Position numbers and translations under genes: made by a program. Under the pieces are notes generated by a model. The model saw only the letters and a list, made by a program, of their open reading frames with translations, ran no database searches and was not told the origin of the DNA. DNA of 64,000 bases from an uncultured Gemmatimonadaceae bacterium (GTDB lineage: Bacteria; Gemmatimonadota; Gemmatimonadetes; Gemmatimonadales; Gemmatimonadaceae), in the NCBI GenBank assembly GCA_963740355.1, contig CAVUDW010000002.1, positions 480,001 to 544,000 on the forward strand. The letters run 5' to 3'. Shown here in pieces: positions 29,869 through 40,364 of this stretch (position 1 is its first letter; every line of letters begins with the position of its first letter).

Positions 29869-32800
29869 ATGCATAGTGCCGAGATGCCGTTCCCTTCGAC
29901 CTCGCCGACCGCGGGCTCGGCAGACGAGGCATATCGCTTGTTCAACGACTTGCCGTTCATCGGCGTGGCGGTGTCCTCGGCGACGACGAAACAATGGGTG
30001 AAGGTGAACGACGCCTTGTGCGAGATGCTTCGGTATCCGCGCGAGGTGCTCCTCACGAAGACCTGGCTCGAACTCACGCACCCTGACGATGTGGCCGACG
30101 ACTCGGCACGCTTCGAACAGCTCGTGCGTGGCGATCTCGAAGGCTACCGGCGAGAGAAGCGCTATCTCCGATCCGACGGTGAATCGGTGCACGCGATCAT
30201 CGATGTGAAGGCGGTGCGGGCGCCAAGTGGCGAGGCCGAGTTCATCGTGGCGACGATCGCCAACATTACCGATCGCGTGCTGGCTGAGGCGGCGGAGCGC
30301 CGATCGGCGGCATTACTCGCGAAACTCGGTACGCAAGTCCCCGGTGTCATCTATCAGTTCCTCATGACGCCCGACGGCGCGTCGAGTTTCCCGTTCGCCA
30401 GCGAAGGCATCCGCGAGATCTATGAAGTCTCGCCGGAAGAGGTGCGCCAGGATGCGTCGCCGGTGTTCGCCCGCCTGCATGCCGACGACCTGGCAATGGT
30501 GTCCGAGTCGATCGCACAGTCCGAGCGTACGCTCGAACCCTGGCGGTGTGACTATCGCGTAGTCCTACCCAGTCGGGGGCTGCGTTGGCTGCGCGGCGAT
30601 GCACGACCGGAGCGACTACCCGATGGCAGTACGCTGTGGCACGGCTTCATCACTGACAGCACCGATCGTCAGCTGGAGCGCGAGGCGCTGATCGAGAGCG
30701 AAGCCCGATTCCGTATCCAGATCGAGCACGCGCCGGAAGCGATCGTCGTCTACGACGCGGACCAGCGCACGATCATCGATGCGAACAGCAATGCGCTGCG
30801 GCTGTTCGGCTACGAGCGTGAAGCGCTTCTCGGTTGCAGCATTCGCGACATTGCCGCCGAGCGTCAGGCCGATGGCCGCTTGACCTCGGAAATCGGCGCG
30901 CAGTACATCGAGCGCGCACTGAGTGGCGAGGTGCCGGTGTTCGAGTGGCTGCATCGCCATGCGTCCGGGCGGTCGATTCCATGCGAGGTGCGCCTGGTAC
31001 GGCTGCCGGCCGTCGGCCGCAACCTCGTGCGCGGCAGCGTGACCGACATCTCGGAGCGACAGCGCGCTGCCGAGGCGTTGACGAGGCTGGAGGCCGCCAT
31101 CACGTCGTCGATCAACGGCGTGGCAATGGCAGATCTCGATGGCCGCATCACGTATGTCAACAAGGCTCTCCTCGACCTGTGGGGGTACGAATCCTCGGTC
31201 GGGGTGATCGGCACGGATGTGGCGCAGTATTGGGCCAAGCCTGAGGAAGTGGCGCACGCTGTGGAAGTACTGCGCGCCACGGGTGCCTGGACGAGTGAGA
31301 TGGCCGCTCGCCGCGCCGATGGTACGGTGCGCCTCTTCCAGGTGAACGCCAGCCTCTTTCCCGATATCTCCGGTCAGCCGATCGGCATGTTGGCCTCGTT
31401 CGCGGACATCACCGAGAAGCGGCGTACCGAAGAGGCCCTGCATCTGCGTGATGAGGCGATTCGGACGGCGATCACGGCGATCGCCATCGGTGATCCGGAT
31501 GGGACGCCATTGTACGTGAATCCCGCGTTCGTGCGACTGTGGGGTTTCGCGAGTGAGGCGGATGTGCTCGGGCGCAACATGGCCGACTTCCTCGCCGCCG
31601 ACGAATCCAAGCCGAAGCTGAACCTCGCGCGGGTGATTGACGATGGCGTCTGGCAGGGTGAGCTGACGGCACGGCGGGCCGATGGCACGCTGTTCGATGT
31701 GCTCGTCGCTGCCAACGTCGTGCGTAATGCCGCTGGGGAAATCACCCACCTGATGGGGTCATTCCTCGACATCACCGAGTCGAAGCGGCTCCAGTCGCAG
31801 TTCCTGCAGGCGCAGAAGATGGAGTCCGTGGGCCGGCTGGCTGGCGGCGTGGCTCACGACTTTAACAACCTGCTGACGGTGATGAAGGGTTGCCTCGATC
31901 TCGCGCTGGCAGCGTTGCCCGGTGACGGCGACGTTCGCAATGAACTGACCGAAGTCAGTCGCGCTGCCGATTCGGCGGCGGAACTGACTCGCCAGCTGCT
32001 GGCCTTCTCTCGCAAGCAGATCATCGCGCCACGCGTGCTCGACCTGAATGAAGTCGTCCAGCGCGTGCAGGGTATGCTCCTGCGCGTTCTGGGCGAGGAC
32101 ATCCGCCTCGAAGTGGTCACCGCGGCGTCCCTTGGGGCGGTGCGATTCGACCCCGGACAGGCGGAGCAGATCCTGCTCAACCTCGCGGTCAATGCACGCG
32201 ATGCCATGCCGAACGGTGGCGTGCTGACGCTTGAAACGAGCAACGTCACGCTCGACGAAGACTACGCACGCGCTCACCCAGGCACGCAGGCAGGCGAGTA
32301 CGTGCTGCTTGCGGTTTCCGACACTGGCGTGGGCATGAACGAGGAGACGCGCGAACATGTGTTCGAGCCGTTCTTCACCACCAAGGGGGTGGGGAAGGGG
32401 ACGGGGTTGGGCCTGGCTATGATTCACGGCGCCGTATCGCAGAATGGTGGTCGCGTGGAGGTGTACTCCGAAGTCGGGCATGGCACGAGCTTCAAGATTT
32501 TCCTTCCACGCGTCCCGGAGATTGCCACGCCGTCCGTCCGGGCTCGGCCATCACTCACCCTGCCACGCGGCTCGGAAACGGTGCTGCTGGTCGAGGATGA
32601 CGACTCGGTGCGCCTGCTCATCCTGAGGCTTCTAGTACGGCAGGGATACCGCGTGCACAGCTTCCCTGGCGGACCGGAGTTGCTGGAGTGGCTGCAGGAC
32701 AACGATGAGCCGATTCACCTGCTGATCACCGATGTGATCATGCCGGGAATGAATGGCAAGGTGCTCGCCGAGAAGGTGCGCGCGATCAGGCCCGAGACGC

Positions 32801-32940
32801 GAGTGCTCTACGCGTCCGGGTACACGGCGAATGTCATCGTCCAGCACGGGGTGTTGAAGCCGGGCGTCGAGTTCCTGTCGAAACCCTTCACTGCAGCGGC
32901 ACTCGCACTCACCGTGCGCGAGCTGCTCGACCGGGCGTGA
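29869..32940 (+). CDS. multi-PAS hybrid sensor histidine kinase / response regulator
   Basis: About five PAS/PAC repeats, H-box [41 protein letters not shown]-terminal receiver ([10 protein letters not shown]). Confidence 0.95.
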   Translation: MHSAEMPFPSTSPTAGSADEAYRLFNDLPFIGVAVSSATTKQWVKVNDALCEMLRYPREVLLTKTWLELTHPDDVADDSARFEQLVRGDLEGYRREKRYLRSDGESVHAIIDVKAVRAPSGEAEFIVATIANITDRVLAEAAERRSAALLAKLGTQVPGVIYQFLMTPDGASSFPFASEGIREIYEVSPEEVRQDASPVFARLHADDLAMVSESIAQSERTLEPWRCDYRVVLPSRGLRWLRGDARPERLPDGSTLWHGFITDSTDRQLEREALIESEARFRIQIEHAPEAIVVYDADQRTIIDANSNALRLFGYEREALLGCSIRDIAAERQADGRLTSEIGAQYIERALSGEVPVFEWLHRHASGRSIPCEVRLVRLPAVGRNLVRGSVTDISERQRAAEALTRLEAAITSSINGVAMADLDGRITYVNKALLDLWGYESSVGVIGTDVAQYWAKPEEVAHAVEVLRATGAWTSEMAARRADGTVRLFQVNASLFPDISGQPIGMLASFADITEKRRTEEALHLRDEAIRTAITAIAIGDPDGTPLYVNPAFVRLWGFASEADVLGRNMADFLAADESKPKLNLARVIDDGVWQGELTARRADGTLFDVLVAANVVRNAAGEITHLMGSFLDITESKRLQSQFLQAQKMESVGRLAGGVAHDFNNLLTVMKGCLDLALAALPGDGDVRNELTEVSRAADSAAELTRQLLAFSRKQIIAPRVLDLNEVVQRVQGMLLRVLGEDIRLEVVTAASLGAVRFDPGQAEQILLNLAVNARDAMPNGGVLTLETSNVTLDEDYARAHPGTQAGEYVLLAVSDTGVGMNEETREHVFEPFFTTKGVGKGTGLGLAMIHGAVSQNGGRVEVYSEVGHGTSFKIFLPRVPEIATPSVRARPSLTLPRGSETVLLVEDDDSVRLLILRLLVRQGYRVHSFPGGPELLEWLQDNDEPIHLLITDVIMPGMNGKVLAEKVRAIRPETRVLYASGYTANVIVQHGVLKPGVEFLSKPFTAAALALTVRELLDRA

Positions 32941-34507
32941 TGCTGGGGGCTGCCGCCGGTGCTCGCCGATGGTGCGTCGCCTGTTCGTAGCCATACGCGA
33001 GCGTGATCAGCTTGCCCTCGCTCCACGGCCGGCCGAAGAAGGTCATGCCGGCGGGGAGTGAATTGCCGCGCGTGTATCCCATCGGCACGGTGATCGCGGG
33101 GAAGCCCGTGGTTGGTGAAAAGAGCTGACTGTTGTCGCCGTGCGGGGTGTTCAGGTCGCCGATCAGGCGCGGTGGATTGCTCCACGTCGGATAGACGAGG
33201 GCATCGAGACGCAGTGAGTCCATCATGCGCAGCACGGCGCCGCGGAATCGCACGCGCATCTCTTCACGCGCCGTGCATCCGGGGTTGTCTTCCGGCGGCA
33301 GCGACACCGTGTCAGCCGCCTGCAGTCGCAACTGCGCAGTGGGGTGGTAATTGCCGCTCCGCAGCACTTCGCGAATGGTCTTGACGGGGGCGTTTTCACC
33401 GCGCGCGGCAAGATACCGTTCGAGATCATACTTGAAGGCGTTGCATCCCGGTGCCGCCGCACCACTCGGCAGCGTGGTACGCAGCACGGCCTGCAATGAA
33501 TCGATGCTGGCTGGGTCGACGATCACCGCCCCCTGCGCCTTCAGGTCGGCTATCGCGCGCGCAAAGACCGTCACGACCTCGGAATCGGTGGTGGGACGTT
33601 CGTACGCCTGTCGCAGGATGCCGATGCGCGCACCCTTCAGCCCACCACCCACGACGAATCGGTTGTAGTCCGACTCACGATGTGACGTCGCCGCTGCAGT
33701 GACCGGGTCGTCAGGGTCCGCACCAGCGACGACCTGAAAGACCGCGACGGCATCGGCCACGGATCGTGCCATCGGTCCCGCGATGTCGGCACCGTTGCTC
33801 AATGGCACGACGCCCGCCCGCGACGTCAGCCCCATCGTGGAACGGATGCCCACCAGTGCGTTGTGCGCCGACGGCCCACGGATCGAATTGCCGGTGTCGG
33901 TGCCGAGCCCAACTTCCCCCTCGTTGGCGGCAATCGCGGCAGCAGTGCCGCCACTGGAGCCAGCCGTGACACGATCCAGGGCGTACGGATTCTTGGTGTA
34001 GCCGGGCAGGATCGAGCTCACTGTTTCGTACGGCGTGAAGGCCCACTCGGCGAGGTTGCTCTTCGCCAGCACGATCGCGCCCGCGGCGCGCACCCGTGCC
34101 ACCATCGTCGCGTCACGCGTCGGCACCCACCCCTTGAGCGACAGCGAGCCGGCGGTCGTCTGCAGGTCTTTCGTCTCGAAATTGTCTTTCACGATCATCG
34201 GCACGCAGTGCAGCGGACCGACGGGGCCGGAGGCCGCAAATCGCCGGTCGAGTGAGTCAGCGATGGCCAGCGCCCGTGGATTGATCGTCACGATGGCGTT
34301 GATGCCGGGACCACGCTTGTCGTAGCGGTCGATGCGATCCAGATACTGCTGCACCAACTGGTGGCAGCTCAATCGCCTGGCGCGAAACGCAGCCTGCACC
34401 TGTGCGATGCTCGTCTCCTCGACGGCAAACGTCGAGGATCGCTGGGCACCACTCGCGACCGGAATCGCGGTGATGAGGAGGCTGAGCAGTCGAGGGGCGA
34501 GGCGCAT
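32909..34507 (-). CDS. secreted amidase (amidase-signature family)
   Basis: VKDN, GSSGGTA, GTDTGNSIRGPS catalytic motifs; signal peptide. Confidence 0.92.
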   Translation of the reverse strand: MRLAPRLLSLLITAIPVASGAQRSSTFAVEETSIAQVQAAFRARRLSCHQLVQQYLDRIDRYDKRGPGINAIVTINPRALAIADSLDRRFAASGPVGPLHCVPMIVKDNFETKDLQTTAGSLSLKGWVPTRDATMVARVRAAGAIVLAKSNLAEWAFTPYETVSSILPGYTKNPYALDRVTAGSSGGTAAAIAANEGEVGLGTDTGNSIRGPSAHNALVGIRSTMGLTSRAGVVPLSNGADIAGPMARSVADAVAVFQVVAGADPDDPVTAAATSHRESDYNRFVVGGGLKGARIGILRQAYERPTTDSEVVTVFARAIADLKAQGAVIVDPASIDSLQAVLRTTLPSGAAAPGCNAFKYDLERYLAARGENAPVKTIREVLRSGNYHPTAQLRLQAADTVSLPPEDNPGCTAREEMRVRFRGAVLRMMDSLRLDALVYPTWSNPPRLIGDLNTPHGDNSQLFSPTTGFPAITVPMGYTRGNSLPAGMTFFGRPWSEGKLITLAYGYEQATHHRRAPAAAPSITPGRAARAR

Positions 34508-34573
34508 CGGGATAGCGTAGCCCAATTGGGAGTGTGGCGGAAGCGACCACGTGGCCCCGCCCCTCGAAGGCAC

Positions 34574-34894
34574 TCAGGTCGGATCAACCGCCTCGGCGAT
34601 CGCAAACTCCGGCGCATCCACCATACCCATGAAGGCACCCATCACTGACTGGATGACACTGCCAGGCATGTCTTCGCCCGTGAAGCCGGCGAAGTCGTCG
34701 ATCTCGAAGATTTCGACGTACTGCGCGTTTGGCGCTCCTTCACCCATCAACAGCCCCGTCACACGATACGTCTCGAACCGCTTCACGCGCTTCAAGCCGC
34801 GCATCGACGGATGATCGGTCGTTTTCACCCAGTGCTCGAAATCAGCGGCGGTGACGCCGGCCTTGAGGCGATAGCTGATGATCAGGTTGGTCAT
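34574..34894 (-). CDS. REDY-like / HapK family dimeric alpha-beta barrel protein
   Basis: Y.LKAGV...DFEHWVKTTD.P.MRGL..V..F...RVTGLLMGEG....YVEI pattern. Confidence 0.7.
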   Translation of the reverse strand: MTNLIISYRLKAGVTAADFEHWVKTTDHPSMRGLKRVKRFETYRVTGLLMGEGAPNAQYVEIFEIDDFAGFTGEDMPGSVIQSVMGAFMGMVDAPEFAIAEAVDPT

Positions 34895-34992
34895 GTGAGG
34901 AGTTGGTGGGAGGGCTGAAACATCTCTGAACGGGGATAGTACGGCGCGGCACAGCGACGCAGCATCACCCGCGCGGGTGAGCACCCGTCGCC

Positions 34993-36450
34993 CTATCGCC
35001 AGACGAATGTGGCCACGGCGCCGGCGGGAATGCTGGCGGGAAACGAATACCGACCATCTCCGATCAGGAATCGGCGCGCGACGGTGGCACTGTTGACGAC
35101 CAGCAGCACGACCGACGCGTCATCAGCATTGCTGAACGCGACGGTGTCGAGATCGTCGACCCCGGTATCCGACGCGATTCTCGTGGCGCCAGGCCGCACG
35201 AAGCGGCTGGCGTGCGCGAGTGCGTAATACTCCTCGTTGCGCGTCACGCGCCCGGTCGCTGAATCAACGGTCAACACGCCGCGACAGTCGTTGCAGCCGC
35301 CAAGGTGTGGGCCGTGATGCGTGTCGAGTGCGAGATTCCACAACACGACGCCGCGTGCCCAATTGCGAGTCGCGCCGATCACCAGCGTCTTCATGTTCCA
35401 GCGCAGGTTGGCACCGAAGTCCGGTGCCCATGCACCACCGGCGCATTCGGTGAAGTAGGTCTCCTTGTCAGGAAATGCCGCGTGCAGCTGTGATTGTGCC
35501 GACACGTCACCTGCGTAACAGTGCCATGCGACGCCACTCACGTAGCGCCGCGCCACGGTGTCTCGCAGCACCTCCATCGGGGACTGTGGCTCATCCCAGT
35601 TGTGGTCCCAGTCGAGGATCCGGGTGCGAACACCTCGTGCCGCGAAGAGCGGACCGAGATGTGTGCCGATGAAGGTGGCACGCTGCGGCGCGGTGAAACG
35701 CATCCCCGGGTAGTCCTTCGGCTCGTTGTGTGGCTCGTTCTGCACCGTCAGCAGCGCGATCGGCACCCCCTCACGGCCGAACGCCTCGACATATCGGCGG
35801 AGATACTCGGCGAATGCCGGATAGGCACCTGGCTCGAGCGTGCCCGTGATCAGCGATTGCGACGACTTCATCCACGCCGGCGCACTCCACGGCGTCGCCA
35901 TCACGGTCAGCTGCGGGTTGATCGCGCGTGCGCTTCGCACCAATGGCAGCACATCCCGGCGGGCCGAATCGATCGAAAAGTGCGCCAGCGCGACGTCGCG
36001 GCTGCCGGATGGGAGATCGTCGTAGGTGAAGTGCGACCGAGAAAAATCAGAGGCGCCAATGGTGAGGCGCACAAAGCTGAATCCTGCGCCGCCGTCCGTG
36101 CGCCCGAACAGCTCCTGCACCAGCGCCGCGCGCTCTACCGCCGGAATTCGCTGCTGGATCAACTCGGCTGCGGCGTCGGTGATGGCGGCACCGAAGCCGA
36201 CCATCGTCTGGAAGCGCTGCGACCGATCGACGGTGATGCGCGTGCCCGGCGTGGTGGTGGTGGACGGTGCCGAGTCGCGCGACACCGCCACCAGATCGGC
36301 TTGTCGTTCCAGCAGACGCGATCGATCAGGAGTGGTCAGCCAGAGCCTCGCGGTGCCCACTGGTGGCGCTGCTGCCGACGGAATCACGCGGGCCGAGCCA
36401 GCGCATGCCGTGAGCGCCAGCAGGAGCCCGACGCACGACTCAGCGCGCAC
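34993..36450 (-). CDS. glycoside hydrolase family 30 (glucosylceramidase-like) lipoprotein
   Basis: Q.MVGFGAAITD, IGASDFS, PWSAPAWMK, catalytic QNEP and YFTE, WDHNWD, WNLALD; GTG start overlaps the upstream stop; lipobox LTAC. Confidence 0.9.
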   Translation of the reverse strand: MRAESCVGLLLALTACAGSARVIPSAAAPPVGTARLWLTTPDRSRLLERQADLVAVSRDSAPSTTTTPGTRITVDRSQRFQTMVGFGAAITDAAAELIQQRIPAVERAALVQELFGRTDGGAGFSFVRLTIGASDFSRSHFTYDDLPSGSRDVALAHFSIDSARRDVLPLVRSARAINPQLTVMATPWSAPAWMKSSQSLITGTLEPGAYPAFAEYLRRYVEAFGREGVPIALLTVQNEPHNEPKDYPGMRFTAPQRATFIGTHLGPLFAARGVRTRILDWDHNWDEPQSPMEVLRDTVARRYVSGVAWHCYAGDVSAQSQLHAAFPDKETYFTECAGGAWAPDFGANLRWNMKTLVIGATRNWARGVVLWNLALDTHHGPHLGGCNDCRGVLTVDSATGRVTRNEEYYALAHASRFVRPGATRIASDTGVDDLDTVAFSNADDASVVLLVVNSATVARRFLIGDGRYSFPASIPAGAVATFVWR

Positions 36451-37525
36451 GAGCGCGCTGTACCGGAACCGGGCCGGTGGGAATTTCCGAGCGCTTGAAG
36501 AGGAATGCCGCCTTCTCCACGCGCGCTCCCTTGTCATCCGCCACCGCGTAGGTGCCGCCTTCATAGAGGCTGGCGCTGCCGTGGCGCCCATCCTTCGCCA
36601 ACGCATAGACGTTGAGATCGAAGCGTGGACGTCCCTTCTCGTTCAACAGTCGTGCTTCAGTCATGGCGACGACGCGCTCGAGCGTCTTCAGGCATGCCTG
36701 TTCCGGCGCCATGCCCTGCCGCATGAACTCGACGGTGAGGAAACCACCACAGGCCTTGATGTTCGCTTCGCCTCGACCCGTCGAACCCGCCGATCCGACT
36801 GTCTGGTCGCAGTACTGACCAGCCCCGATGATCGGACTGTCACCAACGCGCCCAGGAACCTTGTACGCCATGCCGCTGGTGGTGGTCACGCTGCTCATCT
36901 CACCGGCGGCGTTCACCGCATTCATGTTGATCGTACCGTGTGTGAATCGGATCGCGACATCGTCGTCGTAGTCGAGTCGGAAATCACCCGGATTGAGGCG
37001 CGCGCGCCAGCGCAGCCAATTCTGGCGGCTACGCTCCGTGAGCAGGTTCTGCGGCGTGAACCCCATCTCGATTGCGAATTGCTTCGCATCATCACCGACC
37101 AGCATGATGTGGTCGGTGTAGTCCATGATGGCCTTGGCCACCAACGACGGCGTTGCAATGTCCTCGATGCAGCCGACGGAGCCAGCCCTGCGTGTCGGTC
37201 CATGCATGCAGCTGGCATCGAGCTGCACCACGCCCCGCTCGTTGGGCAAACCGCCCAGGCCAACCGAGTCGTCGTCCGGATCCAGTTCTTGGATGTTGAC
37301 GCCAGCGATGATCGAGTCGAGGGTGTCTTCGCCCCGCTGCACCATCTCGTATGCGCGCGCGACGCCTCGCAATCCATTCGTGGAGCTGACCACGCGAACG
37401 ACGCCGGCACTGCTGGCCGGTACGACCGGAGTCGCGAGGCGCATGGCATGAAGACGTTCCGTCAGCGTCAGCGACGCGGCGGCTGCGGCGGTGCGGGAGA
37501 TGAAGTCGCGGCGGGTCAGCGGCAT
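36440..37525 (-). CDS. N(4)-(beta-N-acetylglucosaminyl)-L-asparaginase (Ntn hydrolase), Tat-exported
   Basis: Tat motif TRRDFI; SVGLGGLPN..G.VQLDASCM; nucleophile HGTI; TTTSG.AYKVPGRVGDSPIIGAG. Confidence 0.92.
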   Translation of the reverse strand: MPLTRRDFISRTAAAAASLTLTERLHAMRLATPVVPASSAGVVRVVSSTNGLRGVARAYEMVQRGEDTLDSIIAGVNIQELDPDDDSVGLGGLPNERGVVQLDASCMHGPTRRAGSVGCIEDIATPSLVAKAIMDYTDHIMLVGDDAKQFAIEMGFTPQNLLTERSRQNWLRWRARLNPGDFRLDYDDDVAIRFTHGTINMNAVNAAGEMSSVTTTSGMAYKVPGRVGDSPIIGAGQYCDQTVGSAGSTGRGEANIKACGGFLTVEFMRQGMAPEQACLKTLERVVAMTEARLLNEKGRPRFDLNVYALAKDGRHGSASLYEGGTYAVADDKGARVEKAAFLFKRSEIPTGPVPVQRARAR

Positions 37526-37695
37526 GTCGGTCCTGTGAGGTGCCAATTGGATGTTGAAAATCGCTCTCCAACGTTATCGCCTCGACGGCATTCCAGTGGG
37601 GTTAACGCTCGGGCGGCAGCGTCGTCTGTAGGGGTGTAGCCACCATGGCAACGACTGACTGCCCCAGAGCGGCACCCGCCGCAGGAGATTGACCG

Positions 37696-38061
37696 ATGCG
37701 TATCCCGAATCTGATGCTGGCGAGCTTCTTCATCCTCGCCGCCCCGATGGCTTTGCAGGCCCAGGGCACTGCCACGCGCCAGGAAGTGCGTGAGGTGCGC
37801 CGTGACACCCGCGAACTGCGTCGCGACCGCGTCGAGATCCGCGGTGACAAGCGAGAAGTGCGTGGCGATCGCCGCGAAGTGCGCCAGGACGTGCGCGCCG
37901 CGAAGGCAGACGGGCACGTGACCGGTGCCGAACGCCGTGAGATCCGCAGCGACTCGCGCGAACTGCGTCAGGACACGCGGGACCTGCGCCGCGACAAGCG
38001 GGACCGCCGCGGCGACCGTCGTGACCTTCGCCAGGATCGGCGCGACCTCGTGAAGCCGTAA
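37696..38061 (+). CDS. secreted R/D/E-rich heptad-repeat protein
   Basis: AGGAG RBS; signal peptide ending LQA; mature part is mostly a 7-aa repeat (RE[VLI]RxDx / RDLRxDx). Confidence 0.8.
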   Translation: MRIPNLMLASFFILAAPMALQAQGTATRQEVREVRRDTRELRRDRVEIRGDKREVRGDRREVRQDVRAAKADGHVTGAERREIRSDSRELRQDTRDLRRDKRDRRGDRRDLRQDRRDLVKP

Positions 38062-38074
38062 GCACGATCTCCCG

Positions 38075-38108
38075 AGGGCGTCGTCGATTGAGACGGCGAC
38101 GACGCCCT
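38075..38108 (+). terminator. intergenic 12-bp hairpin (terminator or attenuator)
   Basis: AGGGCGTCGTCG-N10-CGACGACGCCCT between 38061 and 38140; weak U-tract. Confidence 0.6.
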
Positions 38109-38139
38109 TCGAATTTCATCGAGACTGGAGCGACATCCC

Positions 38140-38556
38140 ATGACGGGTCGGATTTTTCTTGCGCTGGGCGTGTTCCTGCTCGCGACACCGATGGTGGCGC
38201 GCGCCCAGGCCAGCACCACGGCGCCGAACGCAGCACGACGAGAGATGGCAGCGGAGCGCCGTGAGGCGATGCGCCTGCGGCGCGACGCCCGAAAGGCGAT
38301 GACGCCGGAGCAGCGCGCTGCGGCTCGTGCGCAACGTGAAGCACGGTTCAATGCCATGCCGGCTGATCAGCAGGAGTACATCCGGAACCTGCGGGCATAC
38401 CAGCAAGCGCTGCGTGCGACGTCACGAGACCTCAATGCACAGGTTACCGCTGGCACGATCACCAGAGACCAGATGGCGCGTCAACTGAAGAGCTATCGCG
38501 ACGCCAATCGTCCCAAGCGTCCCGCAGGAATGCCAGAGCCGGCACGCCGGCCGTGA
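38140..38556 (+). CDS. secreted helical hypothetical protein (paralog of 43150..43914)
   Basis: GGAG RBS; signal peptide ending ARA; LRAYQQ.L...L.A.V.AGT.T...MA..LK.YR.ANRP domain. Confidence 0.8.
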   Translation: MTGRIFLALGVFLLATPMVARAQASTTAPNAARREMAAERREAMRLRRDARKAMTPEQRAAARAQREARFNAMPADQQEYIRNLRAYQQALRATSRDLNAQVTAGTITRDQMARQLKSYRDANRPKRPAGMPEPARRP

Positions 38557-38596
38557 CCGGGGTCAGCGTCCGAGGATCGACCATAACTTCGCAGCG

Positions 38597-39901
38597 ATGA
38601 CTCCCCGCACCCTGCGTCACTCCCGACCGACTTGCACCGCGCTGATTGCGGTGCTTTTCGTCGCTTCCGCCGCCCGCACCGCCGCGCAGGCACGGCCCGC
38701 GCCTGGCCGTGACACGCTCAGCACACGAGTCCGCGACAGCATCATCGCCGCCGTGCTCGCGGATACCGCTGACATCGATGTCGACACGCTCGGGCTGCTG
38801 CCCACGGTTCCTGGGTTGCGGCAATCCTACACGTTGCGGCCAACACTGCGCCGCTACACCGTCGGCACCGTCAACGCGACCGAGCAGGCATCGTACGCGA
38901 GCTGGGTGGCCCGATTCCGCCGGGCTGCGATTCGAGTCGACCTCACGCCCGTCGCCTACTCCGGCGACACCTCCACTACTGCTGATCGACCAGAAGTCGC
39001 CTTTGGTGGTGTGTCGCCCATCAGCGGCCGCCTCGATCTCGCCTTGCGACATGCCGACACACTTCGCGTGTTCGCGCAGTCGATGTCGTTCCCCGGGACA
39101 CTGTCGGCCATCGATGCGCAGGCGCTCGGCACCGTCGGTACCAGCACCATCGATCTCGATGCCGGCGCGATCGGGGTCGCGGCGCGCATCGGAACACGTT
39201 ACGTCCTCACGCAACCGATCGGCGCGCGCGGGGTGGCGTTTTCGGTGCGCGGTGGGGTCGAGTATGACCCGAAGCCGTCTGGCGCGGAGGCGGTGAGCTG
39301 GCGTGGAACCACGGTGCGCGGTGGAGTTGGCCTCTCGAAATCGACAGACCTGGTCAACCTCGGTGCCAACGTCGAACTCACGCGGAGTTTCGCCGACTCA
39401 CTCGGCGGGAAGAATCTCTTTCCCGGTGGTGGTGCACTCACGGTCGATGCGCGCGCACTGCGATTTGTGGGCACGGACGGCACCAGCTTTCTATCGGTGA
39501 ATGGTTTCTACTCGAAGCCACTCAGCATCGAGCGCCCGGATCAACCGACTCGCCTCATTCCCATCGGTGATTTTGCCGGCGCCAACGTGTCGGCGGCACT
39601 CCCGCTCGGACCGTTGACGGTACTGCCGGCCATCTCGTATGTACGCGAGTCGAGCAATGCGACTGCCCTCGTGAACGGGCGCGCCACCACACTCGAAGCT
39701 TCTGGTTACGCCACCAGCGCGAGTCTCGGGCTTTCAGTGCCGTTCGGCAGCTTCGTGACCATCACCCCGGAAGTTGGCGGCGCATTTGGAAATATCGGGC
39801 AGACCGTGTCCGCGCAGTTTCCGCGGCGCATTCGGCGTCGCAGCTTCAGCGATTCGGTCAGCGGTGGATGGGTCTCGCTCGAGCTGTCGGTCACGCGCTG
39901 A
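38597..39901 (+). CDS. secreted beta-strand-rich protein, putative outer-membrane beta-barrel (paralog of 43949..45235)
   Basis: Signal peptide; many amphipathic alternating strands; strong similarity to the 43949 protein. Confidence 0.7.
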   Translation: MTPRTLRHSRPTCTALIAVLFVASAARTAAQARPAPGRDTLSTRVRDSIIAAVLADTADIDVDTLGLLPTVPGLRQSYTLRPTLRRYTVGTVNATEQASYASWVARFRRAAIRVDLTPVAYSGDTSTTADRPEVAFGGVSPISGRLDLALRHADTLRVFAQSMSFPGTLSAIDAQALGTVGTSTIDLDAGAIGVAARIGTRYVLTQPIGARGVAFSVRGGVEYDPKPSGAEAVSWRGTTVRGGVGLSKSTDLVNLGANVELTRSFADSLGGKNLFPGGGALTVDARALRFVGTDGTSFLSVNGFYSKPLSIERPDQPTRLIPIGDFAGANVSAALPLGPLTVLPAISYVRESSNATALVNGRATTLEASGYATSASLGLSVPFGSFVTITPEVGGAFGNIGQTVSAQFPRRIRRRSFSDSVSGGWVSLELSVTR

Positions 39902-39921
39902 TGTACGGCGGATTCGTGCCG

Positions 39922-40348
39922 CAACTCGTTGCGGCGCATCGCGTTGAGCTCCGATCAAGGGGTCGGAGATCTTGATCGGACTTTCCGACGCCTAAAGTGT
40001 TGCAGCGTTTGGTGTTACACCCCGATCAAGGGGTCGGAGATCTTGGTCGATCAAGGGGTCGGAGATCTTGGTCGGACTTTCCGACGCCTAAGGTGTTGCA
40101 GCGTTTGACGTTACGCCCCGATCAAGGGGTCGGAGATCTTGGTCGATCAAGAAGTCAGAGATCTTGATCGGACTTTCCGACGCCTAAGGTGTTGCAGCGT
40201 TTGACGTTACGCCCCGATCAAGGGGTCGGAGATCTTGGTCGATCAAGGGGTCAGAGATCCTGATCGTGCTTTCCGCGGCCTAAGGCGTTGCAACGTTTGA
40301 TGTTACGCCCCGATCAAGGGGTCAGAGATCTTGATGAGATCTTGATCG
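39922..40348. repeat. intergenic modular repeat cluster, locus B (same family as 14539..14796)
   Basis: 25-bp core at 39952, 40023, 40048, 40119, 40144, 40215, 40240 and 40311 (alternating 71/25 bp, higher-order period 96 bp). Confidence 0.92.
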
Positions 40349-40364
40349 TCCACCGATCACGCGG

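Noticed and set aside
39952..40348. CRISPR array interpretation of the repeat clusters (also 14539..14796)
   Set aside because: The spacers are near-identical within each locus, some cores abut with no spacer, and no cas genes are present in the window.
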